A stretch of DNA of 64,000 nt from an uncultured Bacteroidales bacterium (GCA_902765485.1 CACWZZ010000016.1:41991-105990); one strand, 5' to 3'. Shown: positions 42,800 to 52,566, numbered from the stretch's first letter. Translations and numbers: made by a program. Notes: generated from the letters alone by a model not told the origin.

Positions 42800-44704
42800 T
42801 TACACCTTTCTCTTATTGTTTCTTGATTTTTTGAGTATAGAATATCTCATATCTTCCGTTTTTTGCAGAACTCCATTCTTTACTAGATTTGACAAAATTG
42901 TTCTAATACTTTTTTCAGAACTATTGGGACGCAGTATAAGAGCTTTCTTGTAAATTTCTTCTCGTGCTATAGGTTCTTTCTCTTGTTTTAGTACTTCTAT
43001 TACTGCATCTTGAAGAGTACCTTTAAACTGTAATGATTCTTCTATTACATACAGAGATGTCCTTCCTATTGGCTTCAAACGGTTATCTTTACATACGTAG
43101 GTACGTATTTGCTTGCTATTTGAGAATGGATATTGCGGATATTCTTGTTTAAACGCAGCAAACATTTCTTCTATAGAAACAGGTTTGTCTTGTGCTTTAA
43201 CATATTCATACAGAAATTGACGAACATTAACTTTTTCTCCACTTTCCAAATCGCTATACCTTGAATCATCTGAATCTGATATGTTATACAACTTTTTTAA
43301 TAGATAGCCTAAGAACTCTTTTACATCCGGAACGAACTCATGTATTACACCATCTTGCCACAATGAGTTTTTAAAACAGAATCTTTTCCAATCTATGGCG
43401 AAATTTATACCCTTCTTTTCTATTTCTTTTCCTATTTGATATAAAGCTGTATAATAATCAAATTTTGTTAAGACAGAATTACATACAAAGAAGAAAGGAG
43501 TATTATAGTGTATTTCTCCACTTTCTTGATAAGATTGATGAAGCGTAACTATACTATTAGCATCAAGATATAATTCAGAAAAACAAAGTTCTGGATTGAG
43601 TAATCTACATAATATACAGAATCCGTCATACTCATATTGCAACTTTTCTTTTACCGCCAATTTCTCAAATTGTGTATTACTTTCTGTAAAAAAAGAGTTA
43701 TTTAAAAACGGGTAATAGTCCAACACTTCTTGCTTTGTGGTTTCTAACAAGTCATATATGCATGTGTCTAATTTGCAAAAAGTCTGGCGTAACAATTTGT
43801 TGACATATACAGGTAATTTATGAAGTTTGTCTCCTATTTCAGCAACTGACATAGGAGAAGAATAAAACCCAAAATATGAGTAGAATATGTCTAATGCACG
43901 TGGCGTAAAGAACATGAGTAGTATTTTTTCCAATACGAAGAAAACAGGAATTATACCATGTTCCTTTTTATATTTAAAAATAAATTCTATATCGTTAGAA
44001 TTCAGTAGGAAATAATATTTTATAAAAGAAGGGATTTGGTTATCTTCTAATGTAAGAATAAATTCCAACCTTTCAATAAACAATTTCTGAATTCTATACT
44101 CAGGTGAATTCTCTTTGCGAACATCTGTTATTATTGCGTAAATATTGGAATAATATTTCTCTATTCTTTCCAACTCTTTACCTCTTAAATTTTGAACATA
44201 TATATAATGATACAAATTTTTCTCTAGTACATCATCTAGTTGGTCTCCATATTTAGCCTTAATTTTGCATAGTAGAACCTTTTTATTTGCGAGGCTTTCA
44301 CAATTACGAATAAAACGTTCAATCAAATCCCTTGAACGCGGAGCAATTTCATAAGTATTATAAGCTGAAATTAATTGATTATAAGTTCTAATGGAATATT
44401 TTTTCAAAAAAGTCTGGACAGATGATGCCGATGTTCCCTCTATAACTGCTTCATCTAAAAAATATTCCCTGTATTCATTAATATTATCAATAGATAATGG
44501 ATAATTGACAACAATATTTTCCATAAACTCTATTATCTCTGTAGCGGTTTGTTTCCCACAATTAGTAGCAGAAAATATAGTTTCCTTGCTTGTCAAATAA
44601 ACAAGCGTGCAAAAAGCATTATCTAGTTTTAATAATTCAAGAACATTTTTTGCACGAGTAGATAACTGCTTAAATTTTGCTATGTAATATTGCTGCAATG
44701 TCAT
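42800..44704 (-). CDS. 634-aa multi-HTH protein: alpha-CTD-like HhH, sigma-70 region-4-like HTH, two HARE-HTH-like winged helices
   Basis: LSTRAKNVLELL...NCGKQTATEI; RALDIFYSYFGFYSSPMSVAEIGDKLHKLPVYVNKLLRQTFCKL; VSIEEMFAAFKQEYP...; PIAREEIYKKALILRPNSSEKSIRTILSNLVKNGVL. Confidence 0.5.
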   Translation of the reverse strand: MTLQQYYIAKFKQLSTRAKNVLELLKLDNAFCTLVYLTSKETIFSATNCGKQTATEIIEFMENIVVNYPLSIDNINEYREYFLDEAVIEGTSASSVQTFLKKYSIRTYNQLISAYNTYEIAPRSRDLIERFIRNCESLANKKVLLCKIKAKYGDQLDDVLEKNLYHYIYVQNLRGKELERIEKYYSNIYAIITDVRKENSPEYRIQKLFIERLEFILTLEDNQIPSFIKYYFLLNSNDIEFIFKYKKEHGIIPVFFVLEKILLMFFTPRALDIFYSYFGFYSSPMSVAEIGDKLHKLPVYVNKLLRQTFCKLDTCIYDLLETTKQEVLDYYPFLNNSFFTESNTQFEKLAVKEKLQYEYDGFCILCRLLNPELCFSELYLDANSIVTLHQSYQESGEIHYNTPFFFVCNSVLTKFDYYTALYQIGKEIEKKGINFAIDWKRFCFKNSLWQDGVIHEFVPDVKEFLGYLLKKLYNISDSDDSRYSDLESGEKVNVRQFLYEYVKAQDKPVSIEEMFAAFKQEYPQYPFSNSKQIRTYVCKDNRLKPIGRTSLYVIEESLQFKGTLQDAVIEVLKQEKEPIAREEIYKKALILRPNSSEKSIRTILSNLVKNGVLQKTEDMRYSILKKSRNNKRKV

Positions 44705-44904
44705 AAATAGACTTGTAAATCTTTATTTTCTTCAATAATTATTCCTTTCTTCTCTCGTTCTCTCAATACCTCCATCCACAACTCAATCTGTCGTGCGGTG
44801 GTTGTGGTTCTTTTGACAATATCCTTTTCAGTTCCTCCATATCCGGCATGGTCTTGTCGGTTACAACCGCTAAATCTTGATTGTGGCACTATCTGCAATT
44901 GCAA
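44701..44904 (-). CDS. small ORF (67 aa) translationally coupled to the 634-aa gene
   Basis: ATGA overlap at 44701-44704; no motif recognised; true start may be internal. Confidence 0.3.
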   Translation of the reverse strand: MQLQIVPQSRFSGCNRQDHAGYGGTEKDIVKRTTTTARQIELWMEVLREREKKGIIIEENKDLQVYL

Positions 44905-44921
44905 TTGTCGGTCCTTTTTTT

Positions 44922-44949
44922 AGATTTTCCAATCGCGATAGGAAAATCT
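44922..44949. promoter_or_regulatory. 28-bp near-perfect palindrome, candidate operator of the island's first gene
   Basis: AGATTTTCC-A-ATCGCGAT-A-GGAAAATCT, 18 nt upstream of the 67-aa ORF. Confidence 0.4.
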
Positions 44950-45010
44950 ATACTCAAAATATTTATTCAGATCTGCCATAAATAACGTGCAAATCTACAC
45001 GTTAACCACT

Positions 45011-45045
45011 CCCCGCTCACCCCTCGTTTTGAGAGGCAAGCGGGG
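45011..45045 (-). terminator. nested GC-rich stem-loop after uxaC
   Basis: CCCCGCT...AGCGGGG with inner CCTC-GTTTT-GAGG; resembles the in-CDS hairpin family. Confidence 0.45.
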
Positions 45046-45057
45046 ATGCGTAGTCAT

Positions 45058-46476
45058 TTAGAACTTGAAGTAGTTCTTCGCGTTGTTGTAGCAGATGTCT
45101 TCGACCATCTGTTGAACGCGGGCTTTCTCATAACCGGTGTACGGGATCATACCGTTCTCGATGTCGTTACCGAGGACGTTACAGAGTGTGCGGCGGAAGT
45201 ACTCGTGACGCGGGTAGCTCAGGAACGAACGGCTGTCGGTCAGCATACCTACCATGCGGCTCAAGAGACCGAGGTTACTCAAAGCCATCATCTGCTTCTC
45301 CATACCGTCCTTCTGATCGAGGAACCACCAGCCCGAACCGAACTGAATCTTACCAGGAACGGAACCGTCCTGGAAGTTACCCAACATAGTGGCAATCACT
45401 TCGTTTGCGCACGGGTTGAGGTTGTAGAGAATGGTCTTTGCGAGGTGTCCTTCGCTGTTCATCTCGTCGAGGAAATGGCTCATCGCTTTTGCGGTTGTGA
45501 ACTCGCCGATGGAGTCGAAACCGGTGTCTGCGCCGAGTTGAGCGAACATCTTGGAGTTATTGTTACGGATAGCGCCGTAGTGGTATTGCTGGGTCCAACC
45601 TGAAGCGTAGTCCATCTCAGCCTGCGCGTGCAGGTAAGCGTGCTTGTACTGGCGGATCTCATAAACGCTCAACTCCTTGCCGGCGAGAGCTTTCCGGAAG
45701 ATCTCATTGATCTCTGCGTCGGTGTACGGCTCGTCGTAGAACTCCTCGATACCGTGGTCGGAGAGACGGCAACCCATCGACTCAAAGAAGTCATGGCGTT
45801 TCTGGAGAGCGTCCACCATGTCCGCAAAGTTGCGAATCTCAACACCGGCAACCTTAGCCAGTTTCTCGATATAGGCTTTCCAAGTAGCGGCTTCGATGTT
45901 CATACCTGCGTCCGGACGCCAAGTCGGCAACATACGTACCTCTGCGGTCGGGTCTTCTTTCACCATCTTGTGCCACTCGAGGCTGTCAGCCGGGTCGTCA
46001 GTCGTGCAGACAAGTTCTACATGGTAGTGCTTCATCAGTCCGCGCGGACAGAACTTCGGGTCGTTGGCAATCAGGTCGTTACACTTGTCATAGATAGCGC
46101 GTGCAGTCTCCGGGTTCAAACGCTCCTCGATACCGAAAGCGGTCTTGAGCTCCAGATGGGTCCAGTGGTACAACGGGTTGCGGAAAGTGTACGGAACGGT
46201 CTCCGCCCATTTCTCGAACTTCTCCCAGTCGGTAGTATCCTTGCCGGTACAGAAACGCTCGTCCACACCGTTGGAACGCATAGCGCGCCATTTGTAGTGG
46301 TCGCCCATGAGCCAGATCTGTGCAATCGACTCAAAACGTTTGTTTTCGGCAACCATCTGGGGAATAAGGTGACAGTGATAATCGATAATCGGCATCTTAG
46401 CAGCATGCTCGTGATACAGTTCCTGCGCGGTCTCTGTCTGCAGCAGGAAGTCTTTGTCCATGAAAGGCTTGATCAT
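45058..46476 (-). CDS. uxaC: glucuronate isomerase
   Basis: Full-length UxaC pattern (MPIIDYHCHL, NPLYHWTHLEL, SRSFLSYPRHEYFRR). Confidence 0.9.
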   Translation of the reverse strand: MIKPFMDKDFLLQTETAQELYHEHAAKMPIIDYHCHLIPQMVAENKRFESIAQIWLMGDHYKWRAMRSNGVDERFCTGKDTTDWEKFEKWAETVPYTFRNPLYHWTHLELKTAFGIEERLNPETARAIYDKCNDLIANDPKFCPRGLMKHYHVELVCTTDDPADSLEWHKMVKEDPTAEVRMLPTWRPDAGMNIEAATWKAYIEKLAKVAGVEIRNFADMVDALQKRHDFFESMGCRLSDHGIEEFYDEPYTDAEINEIFRKALAGKELSVYEIRQYKHAYLHAQAEMDYASGWTQQYHYGAIRNNNSKMFAQLGADTGFDSIGEFTTAKAMSHFLDEMNSEGHLAKTILYNLNPCANEVIATMLGNFQDGSVPGKIQFGSGWWFLDQKDGMEKQMMALSNLGLLSRMVGMLTDSRSFLSYPRHEYFRRTLCNVLGNDIENGMIPYTGYEKARVQQMVEDICYNNAKNYFKF

Positions 46477-46547
46477 AATTGTTAGATTTTATTATGTTAA
46501 ATGATGTTGTTTTTCGCTCCTTTATGCCTTGCATAAAATTACGGCTG

Positions 46548-46555
46548 CAAAGGTA
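46548..46555 (-). promoter_or_regulatory. -7 promoter box (TACCTTTG on minus strand)
   Basis: TAnnTTTG match 72 nt upstream of uxaC. Confidence 0.55.
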
Positions 46556-46609
46556 CTACTTTTTTTGCAAACAAATGTGGAAAAATTGACATAAAAATTA
46601 CACATTCTC

Positions 46610-48181
46610 TCAACTCTCCGTTACGGAAGTGTGTTGACCTTTATAATGACGCTGCAATTCGGTTAATTCTTCCTCCGGTTTATATTCCTTGTACCCGCAT
46701 TCAGGGCAGTAGTAATTGCGATGGTACAACCGGACATGGTATAGCACGGAGTAGTCGGCATACTGAGTGGTCGTACGGCTATGATTGCGTTCGTCCTCGC
46801 GCCTATGCGTAGTAGAACCGTCGCTCCATTTGGTCGTCACATCCGTCCATGTCTTCCACCGCTCGGTATGCGAACTGATGGCTTTGGACTCCGGACGCCA
46901 TTCGTCGTACTCGCGCTGGAACGTACGGCTGTGGAACTCTATCGTCTCCATCCGTTTGCAATCCGGGCAGCGGGTATGCGGAGCTGTTGACAGCATACGG
47001 ACGGAATACAGATAAGCGCAATATCCGGCAAACGGAATCACCGGCAGGAAGAGCCACAGACATCCCCATACCGCCATCAGCGCAGTCCAGATATAAGTTG
47101 CCACAACTGCTACAACAGCAAAGAGAATCGCTACTATATTATCCGGCAGATGATAATACGTGAACCGCCAATAGAGCGCCGCCTCCATGAGCAAAGTCAC
47201 CAATGTAAAGCCCACGAAGATCCATATCAGACCCAATACGATCCAAAAGAAAAGCCCCACATAGGAGAGAATCGGAATATCGCCCCATTCGATCTCTGCT
47301 TTCGCACTATAATTCTCATCGTCGCCGTGAATCCAGTCATAACGCATCGAGCTCTCAATCATAGCAGCGAAGAAATCCACATCTACGATAGTCCCCAGCA
47401 GCGGCATCCATTTGACTATCCAGCGATTATTGCCTTTGGCATGGCTGTCCTCAAACGCATAAGTGACCGCCACGCTGTCGGCTCCGTAAACCACCATCGG
47501 ATTGCGGAACTTGCCATCCGAATCAATGACCTCGATATTCGGATAATACGCCAGAAAACCTTTCTTGGTCTTGTCTATCAGCCATGCCGGACGATAGCGC
47601 GCGTCGTTCTCCGCCAACTTATGACCGATATAGAGCCGCTCGAATTTGGCTTTGGTCATATAGTAATCGCCTTTCTTATCCAGCCGCTTTTTGCTCAGGC
47701 TGTCCGGCAGCACAGGACGCACCTCGTCCAGATGTACTTTCTTCTTCTCCCCGCGCGCGTTAACTATATTATAATATAAGGTGCCTTTTGCGCCCTTTTT
47801 CTTGCCCTTCTCGCGGAAGAGGCTCTTCACTTGCACCGGCTGACTGTCGCTTCCGTTCTCCATCATCATCGGGAAACCCATCTCCGCCGCAGCCAGCAGT
47901 CCGCGTTCGCCCTCTTTCGTTTGCACCAACAGACCATACGGATGATGTCTCGTTCCGGCTACGACTCCCAGATAATCAACCGTATCACCTTTCTTAATCT
48001 TGCCGATCGTCTCGTCATCGCCGGCAATCATAGATACCAGCGGCACGTTGCGGTCCACCACTATTTTCATGGGTTTATCCGGAAAACTCTTGTTTAGTAA
48101 AATACGCTGTCCGATGAAGATAACAGACAACACAACAATACCTGCGATTGTTGCAGCTTGGGGTAGTTTAAAGCGTTTCAT
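46610..48181 (-). CDS. membrane protein with C-terminal zinc-ribbon pairs, unknown function
   Basis: Start at MKRFKLPQAATIAGIVVLSVIF; central TM block; CPDC...CPEC. Confidence 0.55.
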   Translation of the reverse strand: MKRFKLPQAATIAGIVVLSVIFIGQRILLNKSFPDKPMKIVVDRNVPLVSMIAGDDETIGKIKKGDTVDYLGVVAGTRHHPYGLLVQTKEGERGLLAAAEMGFPMMMENGSDSQPVQVKSLFREKGKKKGAKGTLYYNIVNARGEKKKVHLDEVRPVLPDSLSKKRLDKKGDYYMTKAKFERLYIGHKLAENDARYRPAWLIDKTKKGFLAYYPNIEVIDSDGKFRNPMVVYGADSVAVTYAFEDSHAKGNNRWIVKWMPLLGTIVDVDFFAAMIESSMRYDWIHGDDENYSAKAEIEWGDIPILSYVGLFFWIVLGLIWIFVGFTLVTLLMEAALYWRFTYYHLPDNIVAILFAVVAVVATYIWTALMAVWGCLWLFLPVIPFAGYCAYLYSVRMLSTAPHTRCPDCKRMETIEFHSRTFQREYDEWRPESKAISSHTERWKTWTDVTTKWSDGSTTHRREDERNHSRTTTQYADYSVLYHVRLYHRNYYCPECGYKEYKPEEELTELQRHYKGQHTSVTES

Positions 48182-48206
48182 GTGAGATAAGAATTTAAAT
48201 TTTGGG

Positions 48207-48214
48207 CAAAAGTA
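48207..48214 (-). promoter_or_regulatory. -7 promoter box (TACTTTTG on minus strand)
   Basis: 26 nt upstream of the 48181 start. Confidence 0.5.
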
Positions 48215-48246
48215 GTAAAAAATTTTGATATGTGCAATTTTTTTAG

Positions 48247-48254
48247 TATCTTTG
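48247..48254 (+). promoter_or_regulatory. -7 promoter box (TATCTTTG)
   Basis: 18 nt upstream of the 48272 start. Confidence 0.55.
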
Positions 48255-48271
48255 CGCTCGATTTTCACAAA

Positions 48272-49264
48272 ATGGCGAGTTTATCAGACATACGTCACCC
48301 CGTTGAGGCTGGTTGGAAGCGATACGAGAAGGCGCTCCGCGAGACCATGCAATCGGACGAGCAGATCCAGCAGAAAGTGCTGGATTATATCGTTGCGCGT
48401 GCCGGCAAACAACTGCGTCCGCTGATCGTACTGCTCTCTGCGCAGATATGCAACCCCATTACCGACAAGACCCTTCGTTCGGCTGTCGCTCTGGAGATGT
48501 TGCACAATGCCAGCTTGGTGCATGACGATGTGGTGGATAGTTCGGGCACCCGCCGCGGACAGCCTGCCGTGCATACCCAGTGGAGCAACAAGGTCGCCAT
48601 TCTCACGGGCGACTACATGCTGGCAAAAGTGATCGGGCTGGTAGCCGAAGTGCGCAATATCCGTATTTTGGAACTCGTCTCGCAGTTAGGCCGCAGCCTC
48701 TCCGGCGGCGAGATGCTCCAGCTCCACGTCGGGCAATCAATGTGGATCGACGAAGAGCGATACCTGAAGGTCATCGACCAGAAGACCGCACAACTCTTCC
48801 AAGCCTGCGCTGAGATAGGCGCAGAGTCTGCCGGTTGCACCACGAGGCAACGAACCGCCCTCCGCCAGTTCGGACGATTGCTGGGACTTTGTTTCCAGAT
48901 CAAAGATGATATCTTCGATTATAGCGACTTGGAGGAGATCGGCAAGCCGACCATGAGTGACCTGCGTGATGGCAAAGTGACCCTGCCACTCATCATCGCG
49001 CTCCGCCGTGCGCCGCAACCCGAAGCGGATCACATCCGGTCATTGGGAGAACGGCTGGCAGCTAATGAGTTAGGCTCCGAGACCGAGAAAGCGCTGCAGG
49101 AGATCAAGTCCTTTGTGCTGCGGTTCAAAGGCGACGAATACGCCGTGCAGCAGATGATTGAGTATAAAAAACAAGCCACAGAAGCCTTACAGGTCTTCCG
49201 TGACTCAGCGGAAAAGAAGAGTCTGATTGACTTACTCGACTACTCCATCAATCGCGTTCAGTAA
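48272..49264 (+). CDS. polyprenyl diphosphate synthase
   Basis: LVHDDVVD and KDDIFD aspartate-rich motifs. Confidence 0.85.
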   Translation: MASLSDIRHPVEAGWKRYEKALRETMQSDEQIQQKVLDYIVARAGKQLRPLIVLLSAQICNPITDKTLRSAVALEMLHNASLVHDDVVDSSGTRRGQPAVHTQWSNKVAILTGDYMLAKVIGLVAEVRNIRILELVSQLGRSLSGGEMLQLHVGQSMWIDEERYLKVIDQKTAQLFQACAEIGAESAGCTTRQRTALRQFGRLLGLCFQIKDDIFDYSDLEEIGKPTMSDLRDGKVTLPLIIALRRAPQPEADHIRSLGERLAANELGSETEKALQEIKSFVLRFKGDEYAVQQMIEYKKQATEALQVFRDSAEKKSLIDLLDYSINRVQ

Positions 49265-49897
49265 CTGCTCTCTGACAGCGGAATGTTGCTCTCCGATCGC
49301 TTCAATCACCTCTTTCATAAACGCACCGACCAATAGTTGGCGCGCTTTTTCTTTATCAATACCGCGCTGCTGCATATAGAAAAGCGCACTCTCGTCCAAC
49401 TGACCTGTAGAAGCGCCATGCGTAGCCTGCACATCATCGGCATAGATTTCCAACTGCGGCTGCGTACGCATCTCGGCGGTTTCGGAGAGCAGTAAGTTAC
49501 GGTTAGTCTGGTGCGCCTCCACTTTCTGGGCGTCCGGCGCGATCTTCAGATCGCCGATAAACCGTCCGCGGGCTTGGTCCTCCAGCACGAATTTCAGCAA
49601 CTGGTTCGACTTGCCGCCCCCCACGGCATGCTTCACGTGCGTCTCGGTCGTCACGTGCGCCTCACCCTGCAAATGCGCCAGCGCGTAGATCTCCGTTTCG
49701 CAGCCTTCTCCGATTTGCTCAACAACGATATTATTTGATATCTCAATATCTCGATCTCCCGATGTCCCGTCCGGAATGTTCAGCACATGAATCTTCAGCG
49801 TCGAACCTGCCTCCTGCACGAAATGCAGATCCAGTCCGGGCTCATTCAGATAGACCTGTTCGAACCGCTCACCACTATGAATAATTATCTCACTCAT
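49232..49897 (-). CDS. short SufB/SufD-family Fe-S assembly protein (221 aa)
   Basis: QTNRNLLLS...[23 protein letters not shown] motif; about half the usual SufD length; 33-nt convergent overlap with the preceding gene. Confidence 0.7.
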   Translation of the reverse strand: MSEIIIHSGERFEQVYLNEPGLDLHFVQEAGSTLKIHVLNIPDGTSGDRDIEISNNIVVEQIGEGCETEIYALAHLQGEAHVTTETHVKHAVGGGKSNQLLKFVLEDQARGRFIGDLKIAPDAQKVEAHQTNRNLLLSETAEMRTQPQLEIYADDVQATHGASTGQLDESALFYMQQRGIDKEKARQLLVGAFMKEVIEAIGEQHSAVREQLLNAIDGVVE

Positions 49898-50643
49898 AGG
49901 CTCAACCCTTCATACCCCTTCTCTTCCAGCTCCAACGCCAAACTCTTGTCACCCGTCTTGACGATCTTGCCGTCCGCCAATACATGCACAAAATCCGGCA
50001 CGATATAGTCCAGCAGACGCTGATAGTGGGTGATGACGATGGAGGCGTTCTCGGGTGTCTTGAGACGGTTGACACCTTCCGCTACGATACGCAGCGCATC
50101 GATATCCAAACCGCTATCCGTCTCGTCCAAGATCGACAGACACGGCTCTAACATCGCCATCTGGAAGATCTCGTTTTTCTTCTTCTCGCCGCCGCTGAAA
50201 CCTTCATTGACCGAGCGGTTATTCAGTTTGTCCGGCAACTCCAGCATCTTTTTCTTCTCCCGCATCAATGCAAGGAACTCCCGCGGCGAAAGCGGTTCTT
50301 TGCCTTCGTACTCACGCTTGGCGTTGATTGCCGTACGCATAAAATTGGTCATGCTCACGCCCGGTATCTCCACGGGATACTGAAAACTAAGGAACACACC
50401 TGCGCGTGCGCGAATCTCCGGCTCCATCGCCAGCAAGTTCTGTCCCTTCAGATACACTTTGCCGCGCGTCACCTCGTATGCCGGATTACCCGTCAGTACA
50501 GCGCTCAGCGTCGATTTGCCGGCACCGTTCGGACCCATAATGGCATGCACCTCGCCCTCGTTAATGGTCAGGTTCACACCCTTTAATATCTCCTTGCCGC
50601 CGATGGAGGCATGGAGATCTTTTATCTCTAATAACTTACTCAT
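49894..50643 (-). CDS. sufC: Fe-S cluster assembly ATPase SufC
   Basis: Walker [10 protein letters not shown], signature [11 protein letters not shown], Walker [11 protein letters not shown]. Confidence 0.9.
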   Translation of the reverse strand: MSKLLEIKDLHASIGGKEILKGVNLTINEGEVHAIMGPNGAGKSTLSAVLTGNPAYEVTRGKVYLKGQNLLAMEPEIRARAGVFLSFQYPVEIPGVSMTNFMRTAINAKREYEGKEPLSPREFLALMREKKKMLELPDKLNNRSVNEGFSGGEKKKNEIFQMAMLEPCLSILDETDSGLDIDALRIVAEGVNRLKTPENASIVITHYQRLLDYIVPDFVHVLADGKIVKTGDKSLALELEEKGYEGLSL

Positions 50644-50645
50644 TC

Positions 50646-50685
50646 TCCTAATTTACTAATTCTCTAATTCACTAACTCTCTGACT
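50646..50685. repeat. tandem 8-mer word array (NNCTAATT x4-5)
   Basis: TCCTAATT TACTAATT CTCTAATT CACTAACT CTCTGACT; overlaps the last codons (ESES*) of the DUF2130-like gene. Confidence 0.75.
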
Positions 50686-51862
50686 CGCCTTTCGCTTCCT
50701 CGAATTTCGCCTGCATAGTGGGGTTGCCTGCGGTCAGACGTTTGATCGTCACTTCCTGCAGTTTCTTATCCGCCAGACTCAAATTGTCACCCGACTTGAC
50801 GAGGTTCTCACGCACTTTCTGCAGATGTGCAATCGTCTTGTCTATCTCGTCGATTGCATCCGCGAAACGCTCATTCGCCAGCCGCACATTGCGACCGAAA
50901 GCGTCCTTGAACGTCATCAGTTTCTCTTCAAAATTGGTTACGTCCACCTGCTGCGCCTTCACGATTGCCAACTCGCGCTTGGCGTCCAGACTCTTCTTGT
51001 TGGTCTGGCAAAGAAGCGTAATAATCGGCACAAAGAACTGCGGACGAATGACGTACATCTTCTCATACCGGTGGCACATATCCACGATGCCGCCGTTGTA
51101 GAGCTCACTGTCCGGCTCCAGCATTGATACCAAGATCGCGTACTCGCATCCTTTCTTTCGTCGGTCGGCATCCAGTTTCGCCAAAAAGTCCTCGTTCTTA
51201 TGCTTCGTCGCCGTCTCGTCGGCTTCGTTCTTCATCTCGAACATAATGGAAATGTACTCCACCTTGTCCTCCGAATAGTCGCGGAAGACGAAATCGCCTT
51301 TCGTGCCTTCTACCACCTCGTTGTCCTTCTCGAAATAGGCGTACGGGAAAAGGGAACGGATCCGTGCGAACTCGGTCGCACAGTGCTGCTCCAGCGTCTC
51401 GCCCACCATCTTCGTGGACATGCGGGTCTTGAGATCCTTGTAGTACTCCACCTGCGCCTGCATCGCTTTCAACTGCGCGTCCATCTGGCTGCGGAGAGTA
51501 GCCAACTCCTGCTCTTTCTTGGCATATTCGGTCAGCGCTTTCTGGCGCAACTCCATCACCGCCAACTGCTTCTGCTGCTCCGCCTGCGCTATCTGCGCCT
51601 GCAGACTCTGTATCTGGGTCTGCAACGCCTGCACCTGTTGTGCAAACTGCTGGTCGCGACGCAACTGCGCCGCCTGTTGCTCCGCTGCCTGACGAGCCTG
51701 ATCCGCCTGCTGTTGCGCCTTGTGACTCTGCTCCAACTCATGTACTCGACGCGCCAGCTCACTCTCGAACTCCGCGTTCTTCACCTGACTCAGCAGCGCT
51801 GCATACTCGCTCTCATCTACCGTAAACACATTCCCGCACTTCGGGCATTTCAATTCTTTCAT
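50672..51862 (-). CDS. DUF2130-like protein (N-terminal zinc ribbon, Q-rich coiled coil)
   Basis: MKELKCPKCGNVFTVDESEY start. Confidence 0.7.
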   Translation of the reverse strand: MKELKCPKCGNVFTVDESEYAALLSQVKNAEFESELARRVHELEQSHKAQQQADQARQAAEQQAAQLRRDQQFAQQVQALQTQIQSLQAQIAQAEQQKQLAVMELRQKALTEYAKKEQELATLRSQMDAQLKAMQAQVEYYKDLKTRMSTKMVGETLEQHCATEFARIRSLFPYAYFEKDNEVVEGTKGDFVFRDYSEDKVEYISIMFEMKNEADETATKHKNEDFLAKLDADRRKKGCEYAILVSMLEPDSELYNGGIVDMCHRYEKMYVIRPQFFVPIITLLCQTNKKSLDAKRELAIVKAQQVDVTNFEEKLMTFKDAFGRNVRLANERFADAIDEIDKTIAHLQKVRENLVKSGDNLSLADKKLQEVTIKRLTAGNPTMQAKFEEAKGESES

Positions 51863-51879
51863 CCTTGCACAGTTTTAAT

Positions 51880-52566
51880 CTATAATAGCCTCAGTTGCTT
51901 GCGTCTCTCTTTCCAGTCCGGGAAGCGTTCGGTCATGAGCGCTTTGAACGCCGGACCGTGGTTCTGCACCGACAGATGGGTCAGCTCATGCACTACCACA
52001 TATTCAACACATTCGCGCGGCACGCGGGCTAACTCCAAATTAAACAGCAACTTCCTCTTGCGTGCGATGCAACTGCCCCATTCGCTTTTCATGCGCCGCG
52101 TGCTCCATTCGACAGGCGCTTCGCCGATGCGGACCAGCCATTCATTGACCATTTGTTCCAAAACCGGATGCAGTTGCGCCCGATACCATTCGTATAAGAT
52201 TGCCTCGCGGCGTTCTGCCGTGGTCTGCGGACGGCAACGCAGAATAATTTGGTCTCCTTCTATCGCCACTTCGTGAGTACCGGACGAGACTGACTCCACC
52301 TGCAGCGTATAACGCTTTCCGAAAAAGAGATGCTGCTCACCGGAGACATATTCGCGGGATTTGTTCCGCGGACGCGCCAGCACTTTCTCGCGACTGCGAC
52401 ATATCCATTGCCATTTCTGCACCAGAAAATCCCGCACTTCGCGTTCGCTGATATAGAACGGTACGCTCATCCGAACACGCCCATCCGGCGGGTACACCGC
52501 CAGCCGCATCCCGCGGATCATTTTCCGCTCCACCTCCACATCAATATCCTCGATCCGGATGGTCAT
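51880..52566 (-). CDS. YgjP-like (DUF45) metal-dependent hydrolase
   Basis: WGSC and HELTHL motifs; ATGA overlap with the upstream peptidase gene supports the 52566 start. Confidence 0.75.
   Translation of the reverse strand: MTIRIEDIDVEVERKMIRGMRLAVYPPDGRVRMSVPFYISEREVRDFLVQKWQWICRSREKVLARPRNKSREYVSGEQHLFFGKRYTLQVESVSSGTHEVAIEGDQIILRCRPQTTAERREAILYEWYRAQLHPVLEQMVNEWLVRIGEAPVEWSTRRMKSEWGSCIARKRKLLFNLELARVPRECVEYVVVHELTHLSVQNHGPAFKALMTERFPDWKERRKQLRLL

Noticed and set aside
48182-48268. 29-aa N-terminal extension of the 552-aa membrane protein ORF
   Set aside because: It covers the -7 promoter box at 48207-48214. MKRFKLPQ followed by a TM helix at 48181 is the more plausible start.
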